Assembly (NCBI GenBank): GCA_035528475.1 | Contig: DATKYO010000114.1 | Location: forward strand, 4,739-68,738 | DNA length: 64,000 bases | Direction: 5' to 3' | DNA from: Methanoregulaceae archaeon | GTDB taxonomy: Archaea; Halobacteriota; Methanomicrobia; Methanomicrobiales; Methanospirillaceae | Shown here: in pieces, positions 11,262-19,763 of the stretch | How positions within the stretch are numbered: position 1 is the stretch's first letter | Layout: the number at the start of each line of letters is the position of its first letter | The notes under the pieces: model-generated | The model's database searches: none | What the model saw: the letters and a program-made list of their open reading frames with translations, nothing else | Told to the model about the DNA's origin: nothing | Made by a program: the position numbers and the translations under genes

Positions 11262-11990
11262 TCATTCTGTGTCAAAGCAGAATACTTCGCCGTCTCTTCC
11301 TGTATTCGGAAGATTCCAGGCGATATTGTGGCTCATATGCACGCATCTGAATTCCCCGGCTCTCAAATACCGGGCCATTTCACATGCCTCGCGGTAGTTC
11401 ATATGTTTTGAGATATGGTACCGCGGGGGGACCAGGGCATCGATCAGAAGAAGATTGACATCTTTTAAGGCTTCAATGCTTCTGGGCGGAATATCGGTCC
11501 TTGAATCCGAAGTATAGCCTATCCTTACATCCCCACAGGTGAGAACCACCCCGCATGTAAAGACATCAGGATGATTTACTTCGATGAGTGTGACTTCCAA
11601 TCCATGGAGATCAAAGGTTCGGTAAGGTTCAACCGCGTGTCCATGAAAAGAGAGGAATTTAAATATCTCTCCGCAATACGAGAGCACTTCCGGTGCGGCA
11701 TAAACCTCTGGCAGCGCCTGCACCCTGTAAAATTCCCCAAAACCCATAAAGTGATCATAATGTCCATGAGTCCAGACTACTGAATCTATGGACGGGGAAC
11801 CATTGAGAAGAAGCTGCTGCCGAAGGTCGGGGGAAGTGTCAATAAGGATATTTTTCCCCCGGTGCTCGATTAAAAGTGAAGTTCTCAGCCTCTGAACGTG
11901 ATACTTCCGTGCAAATTCACACTGGGGGCAAGTGCACCCGATTTTGGGTGTTCCTATGGCATCACCCGTTCCGAGTAAAGTCAGTTTCAT
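11262..11990 (-). CDS. MBL-fold metallo-hydrolase (PhnP/PqqB-like)
   Basis: HxHxDH motif (WTHGHYDH) plus an N-terminal CxCxxC zinc motif (GCTCPQC). The start overlaps the stop of the AAA ATPase gene by 4 nt. Confidence 0.75.
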   Translation of the reverse strand: MKLTLLGTGDAIGTPKIGCTCPQCEFARKYHVQRLRTSLLIEHRGKNILIDTSPDLRQQLLLNGSPSIDSVVWTHGHYDHFMGFGEFYRVQALPEVYAAPEVLSYCGEIFKFLSFHGHAVEPYRTFDLHGLEVTLIEVNHPDVFTCGVVLTCGDVRIGYTSDSRTDIPPRSIEALKDVNLLLIDALVPPRYHISKHMNYREACEMARYLRAGEFRCVHMSHNIAWNLPNTGRDGEVFCFDTE

Positions 11991-13267
11991 TCCAACCAGT
12001 TCTGTTGACGGATAGAATCGCGGGTGAGCACAACCAGCATTCCTTTCTCGAGATCCTGCTCAGTAATGTATTCCCGGTTCTCCATCAGGGCTGTAAGGAT
12101 TGCTTCCTTGACCATGATTCGCAGATCAGCTCCGGAAAATTTCTCGGTAATGTCTGCGACCCTGTTGAAATTGCACCGGCAGTCTATAGAGGTGGTAACC
12201 CTTTTCAGAATCTCCTCTCTCATGGGTGCGTCAGGAAGCCCAAACGGCACCACTTCGTCAAATCGTCTCCAGGCTGCTTCGTCCAGCAACTGGGGATGAT
12301 TTGTGGCACCGATCAGGAGCACGGCATTTTTAACCAGATTTATCTGGTCGATATTCTTCAGGAGTGAATTCACCGCCCGCTTCATTGCCCCATGATCGTC
12401 TGCGACCCTGCTCTTGGCAACAAAGTCGAATTCGTCAATAAAGAGAATGCAAGGAGCCAGTTTCTTTGCAAAATCAAATATTCTGTCAATATTCTTTGAT
12501 GTTTCTCCCAGGTACTGCGACGTAATCATGGAGAGACGGACCTCGATTATGGGAAGGTGCATCTCATGGGATAGGGCCAGGGCAAGCGATGTTTTTCCTG
12601 TTCCCGACGGTCCGACAAAGAGGAGTTTGCCAACTTCATAAATTCGGTGTTTCTGGAGGATCTTCAGGTTCTTACGGGCAACGTGTACTTTCTTAATAAT
12701 TGTTTCCTGTTCCGCGGTGCACACCAGATCTTCGAATTGCTGCTCAACCTCTTCTGGGGCGTTTACAATAACAAGATCCAGGGCACTTTTCAGTCGCTCA
12801 TCTCCGGCGATTATAGTAGACATTTTATTCTGAAGATACACCTTGGTGTCCTCGAAAAGAGGATTTGCCTCTTTTACTTCCTCGTATGAAATTTTTACCG
12901 AGTCGGAATCACGGAAAAAAAATGCAAGTGCAGGATTTGTTTCAATATAGTTTTTTCCGCCTTTTTTCAGGAACCATTTGGCTGCCGGTTCCAGCGTGGT
13001 GACATAAATGCGCTGACCAAACTCCTCGCATGCCACAACAGGGTTAGACTCAAGCTTCCGGCATGCATCCGTGATGCCAAGGGTCTTCCTGACCATGCCC
13101 TCGCTCACGTATAATGGCCGCTTGACTTCTCCCGCTCCGTTCCCACTGAATAATTCCCTGCATTCCGGGGTGAGATCATTGATTTCAAGGTTCTGGTGGC
13201 GATTGAATATTTCTGCGGTAAGGATTACCTCCAGAAGTTTGAGGGTATCGTTATCTTTTCCAGACAT
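11987..13267 (-). CDS. AAA+ ATPase (classical AAA family, single ATPase domain)
   Basis: Walker A GPSGTGKT, Walker B ILFIDEFD, and a second region of homology ending in RRFD. The N-terminal domain of about 190 aa is unassigned. Confidence 0.8.
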   Translation of the reverse strand: MSGKDNDTLKLLEVILTAEIFNRHQNLEINDLTPECRELFSGNGAGEVKRPLYVSEGMVRKTLGITDACRKLESNPVVACEEFGQRIYVTTLEPAAKWFLKKGGKNYIETNPALAFFFRDSDSVKISYEEVKEANPLFEDTKVYLQNKMSTIIAGDERLKSALDLVIVNAPEEVEQQFEDLVCTAEQETIIKKVHVARKNLKILQKHRIYEVGKLLFVGPSGTGKTSLALALSHEMHLPIIEVRLSMITSQYLGETSKNIDRIFDFAKKLAPCILFIDEFDFVAKSRVADDHGAMKRAVNSLLKNIDQINLVKNAVLLIGATNHPQLLDEAAWRRFDEVVPFGLPDAPMREEILKRVTTSIDCRCNFNRVADITEKFSGADLRIMVKEAILTALMENREYITEQDLEKGMLVVLTRDSIRQQNWLE

Positions 13268-13312
13268 CTCTGTAACTTTAACTATTCTGTTTGTGATCCA
13301 ATAAGTATATCT

Positions 13313-14206
13313 TTACAAGCGGGTGGTGACCACGCATCCATCATCAGTGACAATGAGAGTGTGCTCGTGCTGGGAGACCAGGGATCCGGGAATATCTGAT
13401 AGCACAGGGTATGCCCTGATCACCTGCATGCGAAGAAGTGTGGACAGGGCAATATCTGTCTTCTCACCGGGCAGCCACCGCCGGGCAAAGGGCATGCCTC
13501 TCCTGCTGCGTATTGATTCCAGGATCCGACGTGCAGAGGCAAGCCTGACAGGCTTGACACCAATCTGCTGGAATATCTCGGCACGCGGCTTCTCACTGAC
13601 CCTGCCCGCTCCGGTGCTGGCGAAAGGCTCAATTGCAAAAACCATTCCTTCCTTGAGAACGGCGCCCCCCTGGAGAGAGATATTTGGTATATTCGGAGGT
13701 TTGTGAATGATATACCTGTCCAGTCCGTGGCCGGTCAGGTTGGAAACAGGCCGGAATCTACGCGATTCTATCTCCCCCTGAATGGCGGATCCGAGCTCAC
13801 CAACAGTAACCCCCGGTCTGACACGTTCAATAGCCCGTTCCAGCGCCTGCTCTGAGGCCTCAAGGAGGGTTGAATGGGATCCAAGGTCAATGGTAGTCGC
13901 GGTGTCAGCGATATAGCCGTCGATATGTACGCCCAGGTCAAGTTTGACCACATCGCCCTCGCAGAAAACCCGGGTATCCCCGGTCATAGCGGTGTCATGG
14001 GCGGCATCCTCATTGATAGATACATTGAGTGGAAAGGCCAGTCCTGCACCTTCTTTGTCCACAAGTTCTTCGACATATTCTACAACCTCCAATATGGGTG
14101 TGCCCGGCCGTATCTCTTGTGCGCCCATGGAAAGGACAGTTGCTGCAATAGTTCCTGCCTGCAGGTACAGGTCATATATCTCTTCTTTCATTAAATTAAA
14201 CCTCAT
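13313..14206 (-). CDS. map: methionine aminopeptidase, type 2 (archaeal)
   Basis: M24 pita-bread fold motifs, ~297 aa, and the typical archaeal MetAP2 pattern. Confidence 0.88.
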   Translation of the reverse strand: MRFNLMKEEIYDLYLQAGTIAATVLSMGAQEIRPGTPILEVVEYVEELVDKEGAGLAFPLNVSINEDAAHDTAMTGDTRVFCEGDVVKLDLGVHIDGYIADTATTIDLGSHSTLLEASEQALERAIERVRPGVTVGELGSAIQGEIESRRFRPVSNLTGHGLDRYIIHKPPNIPNISLQGGAVLKEGMVFAIEPFASTGAGRVSEKPRAEIFQQIGVKPVRLASARRILESIRSRRGMPFARRWLPGEKTDIALSTLLRMQVIRAYPVLSDIPGSLVSQHEHTLIVTDDGCVVTTRL

Positions 14207-15330
14207 ACGACAAAATCATAAGGGAATCGTGTGAAACACTCAAATCCATTCTTCGTAACCACGCCAATATTTTCCAGGCGTACTCCGCCCCTGTCTCTGA
14301 AATAAAGTCCTGGTTCATTGGTTATGACATTGCCCGCAGATAGAGCCAAACCTCCCGGCCCTACATTCGGAAGTTCATGTACCTCCAGCCCTACTCCGTG
14401 TCCCAGATTATGTATAAATCCCTCTTTCCCACTCTGGTACCCATGATCGGAGAAGAAATCCACCACTGACTGGTGGACATCCGCTCCGGTAATCCCTGGT
14501 TTTATCTTTTTTGAAGCCATGGTTTGGGCATCCCTGACCGCAACGTACATATCTGCAATGTCGGATGAAGGCTCACCTTTGCAGATTGTGCGGGACATGT
14601 CAGAATAATATCCTGAATTTTCGTCCTTTGGAAAAATATCAATAACGATTGGCTCCCCCTCCTGAAGTGGCCCGGTCCCCCTTATATGTGGGATGGCACT
14701 ATCCTTTCCGCATGATACGATGGTATCCGATGCCCGGCACCCGTACTCGAGGAGAACTTTATGCATTTCAGCCCGTATACACTCTGAAGTGAGGGGAGTC
14801 CTGCCTTTATGAAGTACGCCTTTCCGCGGCTTCGATTTTTGGATCAGTGCAACGGCAACTTCCATTGCACGTTCTGTCGCCTGCTGGACCATTCGGATAG
14901 ATTCAAGTTCATATGGGCTTTTTTTTGCTCTCATCCCTTCAATCGTCCCTTTATCTGAAATTACTCTGCCATAGTGCTCAAGTTCCCTGCCAAGAGCAAT
15001 GGGAAACCAGGCGGGAACCAGGATTTTATTCCCTGCCAACCCTGATATCATCAGGGCCAGGGCCTTCCATTTGTCTTTTTCCTCTTTGATGATATCCAGA
15101 AGTCCCGCATCAGCCCTGGTCATGACCGCTGTATCCGATTCACGTGATGCCCGTTCGAATTCCATCTGCGATACCACAATGACTCCCCTTTGGCCCTTTT
15201 TCTTAAAATATACGATTGGATCAGTTGAGGTGAACCGTGTGAGATACCGCATGTCTGCGGCATCCGAAGTTGCGAACATCACAAAAGAATCGGCCCCGCA
15301 TTTCTCCAATGTTTTATCCGGTATATCCAT
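14203..15330 (-). CDS. Xaa-Pro aminopeptidase/dipeptidase (M24B family)
   Basis: M24 metal-ligand pattern (HNLGHGVGLEVHE, NEPGLY). There is a 4-nt overlap with map. ATG at 15330, preceded by GAAGG, is preferred over GTG at 15357. Confidence 0.8.
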   Translation of the reverse strand: MDIPDKTLEKCGADSFVMFATSDAADMRYLTRFTSTDPIVYFKKKGQRGVIVVSQMEFERASRESDTAVMTRADAGLLDIIKEEKDKWKALALMISGLAGNKILVPAWFPIALGRELEHYGRVISDKGTIEGMRAKKSPYELESIRMVQQATERAMEVAVALIQKSKPRKGVLHKGRTPLTSECIRAEMHKVLLEYGCRASDTIVSCGKDSAIPHIRGTGPLQEGEPIVIDIFPKDENSGYYSDMSRTICKGEPSSDIADMYVAVRDAQTMASKKIKPGITGADVHQSVVDFFSDHGYQSGKEGFIHNLGHGVGLEVHELPNVGPGGLALSAGNVITNEPGLYFRDRGGVRLENIGVVTKNGFECFTRFPYDFVV

Positions 15331-15390
15331 ATAGCCTTCAATTGGACAAAATACCACAAGTACTTTTATGATGAAGATGACCTATGAATA

Positions 15391-15636
15391 ATGGATGAGG
15401 CAACCAGAGAGCGATTCAAATGGAAATTCTACCGCCTTGCGGTTTTGCTGAATGCGATAATCCTGTGTATTGCCATTGGGATCATTGTCTTGTTCATAGC
15501 CCCGGAAGGATATGCACTTCCTCTGGCGGCTGCGTTATTTATTATTGCCGGGTTGATTGCAATATATTTCAGTGGACAGTACAAGGTTACGAAAGCTTGG
15601 CTTGATGAAGATAAGTCACATGATGACGAAACTTAA
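15391..15636 (+). CDS. small membrane protein, unknown function
   Basis: 81-aa ORF with two clearly hydrophobic helices. No family was recognised. Confidence 0.45.
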   Translation: MDEATRERFKWKFYRLAVLLNAIILCIAIGIIVLFIAPEGYALPLAAALFIIAGLIAIYFSGQYKVTKAWLDEDKSHDDET

Positions 15637-15651
15637 AAATACGAAGTCCAT

Positions 15652-15942
15652 ATGATAGGAAAGGTCAAATCTGAAATTGAATTGATGAAGCGGCACATGG
15701 AGGTCCTGCGGGCAGTGGTACAACATCAGCCAATCGGAATCATGAAACTATCCGAACTTCTTGAACAGCCGTTTCATCGTATCAGATATTCACTCCGGAT
15801 TCTTGAGCATCTCGGATATATAAAGGCATCTCCGTCTGGCGCGGTTTCCACAAGGGCTGCAGAGGATCTTTTGCGCCATTTGAATTCGGAACTCGATGAA
15901 ATGATTGCAATGCTGGAGACCATGAAACACCATAATGAATAA
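15652..15942 (+). CDS. small winged-helix DNA-binding protein (predicted transcriptional regulator)
   Basis: 96 aa. The pattern MKLSELLEQPFHRIRYSLRILEHLGYI is typical of a wHTH recognition-helix region. Confidence 0.55.
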   Translation: MIGKVKSEIELMKRHMEVLRAVVQHQPIGIMKLSELLEQPFHRIRYSLRILEHLGYIKASPSGAVSTRAAEDLLRHLNSELDEMIAMLETMKHHNE

Positions 15943-16051
15943 ATGCGAATTTTTGATTGTAACCTGTCCCAGGAATTTGGAATAAAAAACCCTGCTATTC
16001 AGCGGTATCTTTAAAAGCACTCACAAAGAATCTATTAAGGCATATCGGAAT

Positions 16052-16124
16052 GCCGCCATAACTCAGTTGGTAGAGTGGCTGGCTGTTAACCAGCATGTCA
16101 CAGGTTCGAGTCCTGTTGGCGGCG
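16052..16124 (+). tRNA. tRNA-Asn (anticodon GTT)
   Basis: Cloverleaf read by eye. Acceptor stem GCCGCCA/TGGCGGC, anticodon loop CT-GTT-AA, T-arm GGTTCGAGTCC. Confidence 0.93.
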
Positions 16125-16132
16125 CTTCACCC

Positions 16133-16207
16133 GGGCCCGTAGCTTAGTCCGGTTAGAGCGCCCGGCTCATAACCGGGCGGTCATGCGTTCGAATCGCATC
16201 GGGCCCA
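16133..16207 (+). tRNA. tRNA with anticodon CAT, probably tRNA-Ile2 (agmatidine-modified) rather than elongator tRNA-Met
   Basis: Acceptor stem GGGCCCG/CGGGCCC and anticodon loop CT-CAT-AA. The backbone is nearly identical to the tRNA-Ile(GAT) at 29015-29088. Confidence 0.9.
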
Positions 16208-16267
16208 CTACCCTTGCTGCTTTTAATTCAAAACTTATGTATGGGCGGAGGTGTATAGTCACCACGT

Positions 16268-17296
16268 ATGAAGTGCCCTATCTGTGGCGATGATTGTGTC
16301 AAGAATGCGCACGAAATTATTGATATTCTTCCCACAATATTCTCACGCTGTCCTGATTGCCGTTTCAGGATGCTGGATAAAAAAGCACCGCTCCCAAACC
16401 GCTATTTTGAGACTCCCTGTAAGTGTGGAAAACGATTCATCGACGAAGTGTATGCCCACATCTATGTAATTCTTGTTGAGGAAGGGATATTCAACGGAAC
16501 GGAACCGATAAGTGCTGTAGGCAGCCCGCTTGTTCATCCGGGATTTTTCATGAAAAATCCCCCGTTCCTGCCCAAAAACTCGCTTGTACTACTCTCCAGG
16601 AATCTTAATTCGAAAGTTTCCGGACGGATCGTCGACGAAGTTCCTGAAATTCGGGCGGTTATCAGGAGCGATGATTCAGTTCCCGGTATTTCCGACATCG
16701 ATCTCGATGGCATGCCCGATACCTATACCCTTCTCGCCGGATGTGATATCAGGGCAAATGTCTTTGATACGAGTTCCGGGCCCATAGTCTTGTATAAGCA
16801 ACAGTCAACCATGCATATCGAATTCCCCCGGCGTTTCAATCCAAAGATTAAGGGGGTGGGAGAGAAGATCGCTGCATTCCACCCGGAACACTTCATCGAC
16901 GCGTGCTGCGGGGCGGGAACCCTTGGTCTAACAGCGGCACGAATGGGGGTTCCTCATGTGATAATGAATGATGCGTGGTATGCGGCTGCATTCTGGGCGG
17001 CATATAATATCCAGGTAAACCGGGAGTATTTCAAGCTGGAGGATGTCAGGATTGTGAGGGGCTATGAAGAAATGAAGAATGAGCCTGTTGTAAAAGAGCC
17101 AAAAATAGTGGCTGAGGCAACAGGGACACAAAATATTGAGGTATATCAAGCTGATTTTGCCAGGCTCTATTCCGTTCTGCCGGACGCACCTGTTCTGGCA
17201 GTCATCGATCTCTTCGAAAAATCGGATAAAGCCGCAACCAATGAGGTTATTCGCCAGTGGCGTGAACATGTTGCCGGCGAGGTATTTATCCCATAA
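16268..17296 (+). CDS. zinc-ribbon plus Rossmann-fold methyltransferase-like protein, unknown substrate
   Basis: N-terminal CPICG...CPDC and CKCG cysteine pairs. The C-terminal half carries a SAM-MTase motif I-like DACCGAGTLGL and a downstream NDAWY motif. Confidence 0.55.
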   Translation: MKCPICGDDCVKNAHEIIDILPTIFSRCPDCRFRMLDKKAPLPNRYFETPCKCGKRFIDEVYAHIYVILVEEGIFNGTEPISAVGSPLVHPGFFMKNPPFLPKNSLVLLSRNLNSKVSGRIVDEVPEIRAVIRSDDSVPGISDIDLDGMPDTYTLLAGCDIRANVFDTSSGPIVLYKQQSTMHIEFPRRFNPKIKGVGEKIAAFHPEHFIDACCGAGTLGLTAARMGVPHVIMNDAWYAAAFWAAYNIQVNREYFKLEDVRIVRGYEEMKNEPVVKEPKIVAEATGTQNIEVYQADFARLYSVLPDAPVLAVIDLFEKSDKAATNEVIRQWREHVAGEVFIP

Positions 17297-17310
17297 GCTC
17301 TCCAATGAAT

Positions 17311-17622
17311 ATGGGGACTAGCCCGGGTGGTTCGGCGTCACCTGTTACCCGAGACCGCCGGTATGCGGGGGGCGAAGTTTGAGGAAGGCTGCAACGAACT
17401 GCTGGATACCATTGCATCCTGACGTTGAAACCTCGTCCCATGAGGTCGGTGTACAAGAATCAAAGCCCCGGAGGGGGTGGTGACTTGTTATTGCGGAGAA
17501 CGGTTCAGGCCCGGAAGGGAGCAGACTTACCGTGAACATTCGGCGCCCATGGGGTTGCGGGGCGGAGGATGGAAGCTCTGGCAAAGGGAGTGACGTACAG
17601 TCGACCGAAAACGTGTCCCCAT
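17311..17622 (+). ncRNA. ffs: signal recognition particle RNA (archaeal 7S RNA)
   Basis: Alu-domain consensus GGTGGTTCGGCGTCACCTGTTACCCGAGACCGCCGGTATGCGGGG. S-domain helix-8 motif CAGGCCCGGAAGGGAGCA. The terminal helix pairs ATGGGGAC (17311-17318) with GTCCCCAT (17615-17622). Confidence 0.88.
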
Positions 17623-17637
17623 AATTTAGGCTTAATC

Positions 17638-18603
17638 ATGGCCAAAGTGACTATTATCGGAGCAACCGGCAAAGTGGGCACCTATTCCGCCCATACTATA
17701 TCTCAGATACCGCATGTGAGTGAAATCCTGCTCTATGGAAGGAAAGGCAGAGAAGATCTTCTATCCGGGATCACACAGGATCTGGGTGATTCTTTTGCGG
17801 CATCCGGAACATATATGGATCTTGGGTGGACCACCGATCTGGAGGATTTGAGAGGATCGGACATCGTGGTCTGCAGCGCGGGAGTACCAAGAAAATCCGG
17901 GCAGGATCGACTCGATCTTGCAGTGGCAAACGCCCGGATTATCGCCGAAGTGTCCCATATCATAGGCGAGATCTCACCGTCATCCATGATTCTTTTGGTT
18001 ACAAATCCCGTGGATGTGATGACATCTGTGGCATTGCGATACTCCGGACTCGAGGCCCAGAAGGTATTCGGCCTTGGCACACATCTGGACTCCATGCGCC
18101 TGAAATCGTTGATTGCATCTTATTTCAAGGTCCATGTAAGTGAAGTGCATACCCGGATAATTGGCGAACATGGAGAGAGTATGGTGCCGCTCTGGTCGGC
18201 GACTACCATCGGTGGCATACAGATCAGTAATCTTCCTGCATTTTCACGGATTCCCATTCATGAGATGGTTGATATGGTCAGGTCCGGTGGTGAAAATATC
18301 ATCAGGACAAAGGGAGCCACGGTCTTTGGACCCGGTGAGGCCATTGCAACACTTGTCAGGACAATACTGGGGAATGAAAACCGGATATTGACTGTATCTG
18401 CATATGTAAAAAGCGAGGTGCATGACATCGGTGATGTATGCATCGGGGTGCCGGCACGTATAAACCGGAGTGGAGTTTTTCCGGTACCGATAAAAATTGA
18501 TCACCAGGAAGTAATCAGGTTCAAAGAATCGGTAGAAAAAATTCGGGGCTCTACCGGAAAGGTTCTGGCGATGCTGGATAAGGATCCTGAGTTTGCCAGA
18601 TAA
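17638..18603 (+). CDS. mdh: malate dehydrogenase (LDH-like MDH family)
   Basis: N-terminal KVTIIGATGKVG dinucleotide fold and the catalytic-region motif IGEHGES. ATG at 17638 is chosen because the upstream part of the ORF overlaps the SRP RNA. Confidence 0.88.
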   Translation: MAKVTIIGATGKVGTYSAHTISQIPHVSEILLYGRKGREDLLSGITQDLGDSFAASGTYMDLGWTTDLEDLRGSDIVVCSAGVPRKSGQDRLDLAVANARIIAEVSHIIGEISPSSMILLVTNPVDVMTSVALRYSGLEAQKVFGLGTHLDSMRLKSLIASYFKVHVSEVHTRIIGEHGESMVPLWSATTIGGIQISNLPAFSRIPIHEMVDMVRSGGENIIRTKGATVFGPGEAIATLVRTILGNENRILTVSAYVKSEVHDIGDVCIGVPARINRSGVFPVPIKIDHQEVIRFKESVEKIRGSTGKVLAMLDKDPEFAR

Positions 18604-18655
18604 GTGTAATAGAATCTCTTATAAATCTAAAAAAAAGTGAATATTCTCTGAGTTT

Positions 18656-18913
18656 TCAGGTAAGAGTGAGCTCAACGATTTCTGCCCGTTCAACACCTTC
18701 AAGGGCGTTGATGTCGGCTTCGACAGCATCGTTGACTCCGGCGGTATCATCCACAACAACCGCAATTTTGAGGGCTTTCAATCCGAAACCTATAGGCTCT
18801 TCCTGGATGTCCTGAACTCCGTCCACCTTTTCTGATATCAGGCCTTTTAGGGCTTCGAGATCAATTTCCGGAGAGCTCGGCATGACTTTGAGGATCAATA
18901 CCACTCTACCCAT
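18656..18913 (-). CDS. ef1b: elongation factor 1-beta
   Basis: 85 aa. The N-terminus, with KVMPSSPEIDLEAL, and the length are typical of aEF-1beta. Confidence 0.88.
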   Translation of the reverse strand: MGRVVLILKVMPSSPEIDLEALKGLISEKVDGVQDIQEEPIGFGLKALKIAVVVDDTAGVNDAVEADINALEGVERAEIVELTLT

Positions 18914-19075
18914 TTATGGGCCTCCAAAACTGCATTTTGGGCAGCAATACGCGATACTCTGCTCTCTGCACCGATAACACCGTTTTATAACATACCCGCA
19001 TTTCGGACATCCGAAATCGGTTGCCCCTTCCTCTGCGAGCGGAGCATTGCATGATGTGCACTTTTTATTTGACAT
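18914..19075 (-). CDS. small zinc-ribbon protein (53 aa, below the ORF-track cutoff)
   Basis: Hand translation gives MSNKKCTSCNAPLAEEGATDFGCPKCGYVIKRCYRCREQSIAYCCPKCSFGGP, with four CxxC pairs. Its stop abuts the ef1b start. A zinc-ribbon gene upstream of ef1b is a conserved archaeal arrangement. Confidence 0.7.
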   Translation of the reverse strand: MSNKKCTSCNAPLAEEGATDFGCPKCGYVIKRCYRCREQSIAYCCPKCSFGGP

Positions 19076-19121
19076 TTATTCACTCCTAGAGCGATTCCTT
19101 ATATTGTCTCTTCCAGAGGAC

Positions 19122-19706
19122 TTAAAAGCCAATGGTCGTGCCCCTGGTTGGAAGGCCCCTGATGGCAGAAACTATCCTTTCATCAATTGTCCCGTTCACA
19201 ACAGATACCCGGACGTGATGTGAAAAGACAAAAGGAAGAAAGGATGGATCTACGTCATTTGTAATCACTGCTTCCTCTACTGATGCAAGAAGCCTTCCTT
19301 CGGAATGAATTCCATCAACTGATTTGAGAATGATAAGGTCAAGGCCGAGGAAATGCGATATCCATGCTGCAACGGTGTCGGAAGTGATGTCCCATGAATG
19401 GGGGAGAGGGTCTCGCTCCCTCAGTATGATATAGGGGAGAAATACCAGGAGTTCGGAGGGAATTTCAAGGTGAGCGGTAGTGGGAATCCCCATCGACGCT
19501 ATATACCATCCGAACTGTTCCATGCCGAGGATTGCCATCCAATGCGCGATATCGTCATTGACTGCACATTCCCTGGCGAGATCAGCGAATTTCCCCCCTC
19601 CGGGGACTATGAGTGCCTGGCAGCCGGATTTCTGCAGAATATCGAAAATTTTCGGAACATGTTCGAAAAGACTTCCTCCGATTTTAATTACCAGGGGATT
19701 TGCCAT
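19122..19706 (-). CDS. amino-acid-kinase-fold small kinase (possibly MfnE-like, methanofuran biosynthesis)
   Basis: VIKIGGSLF...IVPGGGKFAD is the amino acid kinase family glycine-rich pattern. The short 194-aa form is typical of methanogens. The specific MfnE assignment is tentative. Confidence 0.55.
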   Translation of the reverse strand: MANPLVIKIGGSLFEHVPKIFDILQKSGCQALIVPGGGKFADLARECAVNDDIAHWMAILGMEQFGWYIASMGIPTTAHLEIPSELLVFLPYIILRERDPLPHSWDITSDTVAAWISHFLGLDLIILKSVDGIHSEGRLLASVEEAVITNDVDPSFLPFVFSHHVRVSVVNGTIDERIVSAIRGLPTRGTTIGF

Positions 19707-19763
19707 GCAATCTGATGTGATTTCATCAGGTTAATTAATTAGTCGTTTCAAGATCTTTTTCAT

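Noticed and set aside
17345-17584. 79-aa minus-strand ORF, and the N-terminal 23 codons of ORF 17569-18603.
   Set aside because: They lie inside the SRP RNA gene. The mdh gene starts at ATG 17638.
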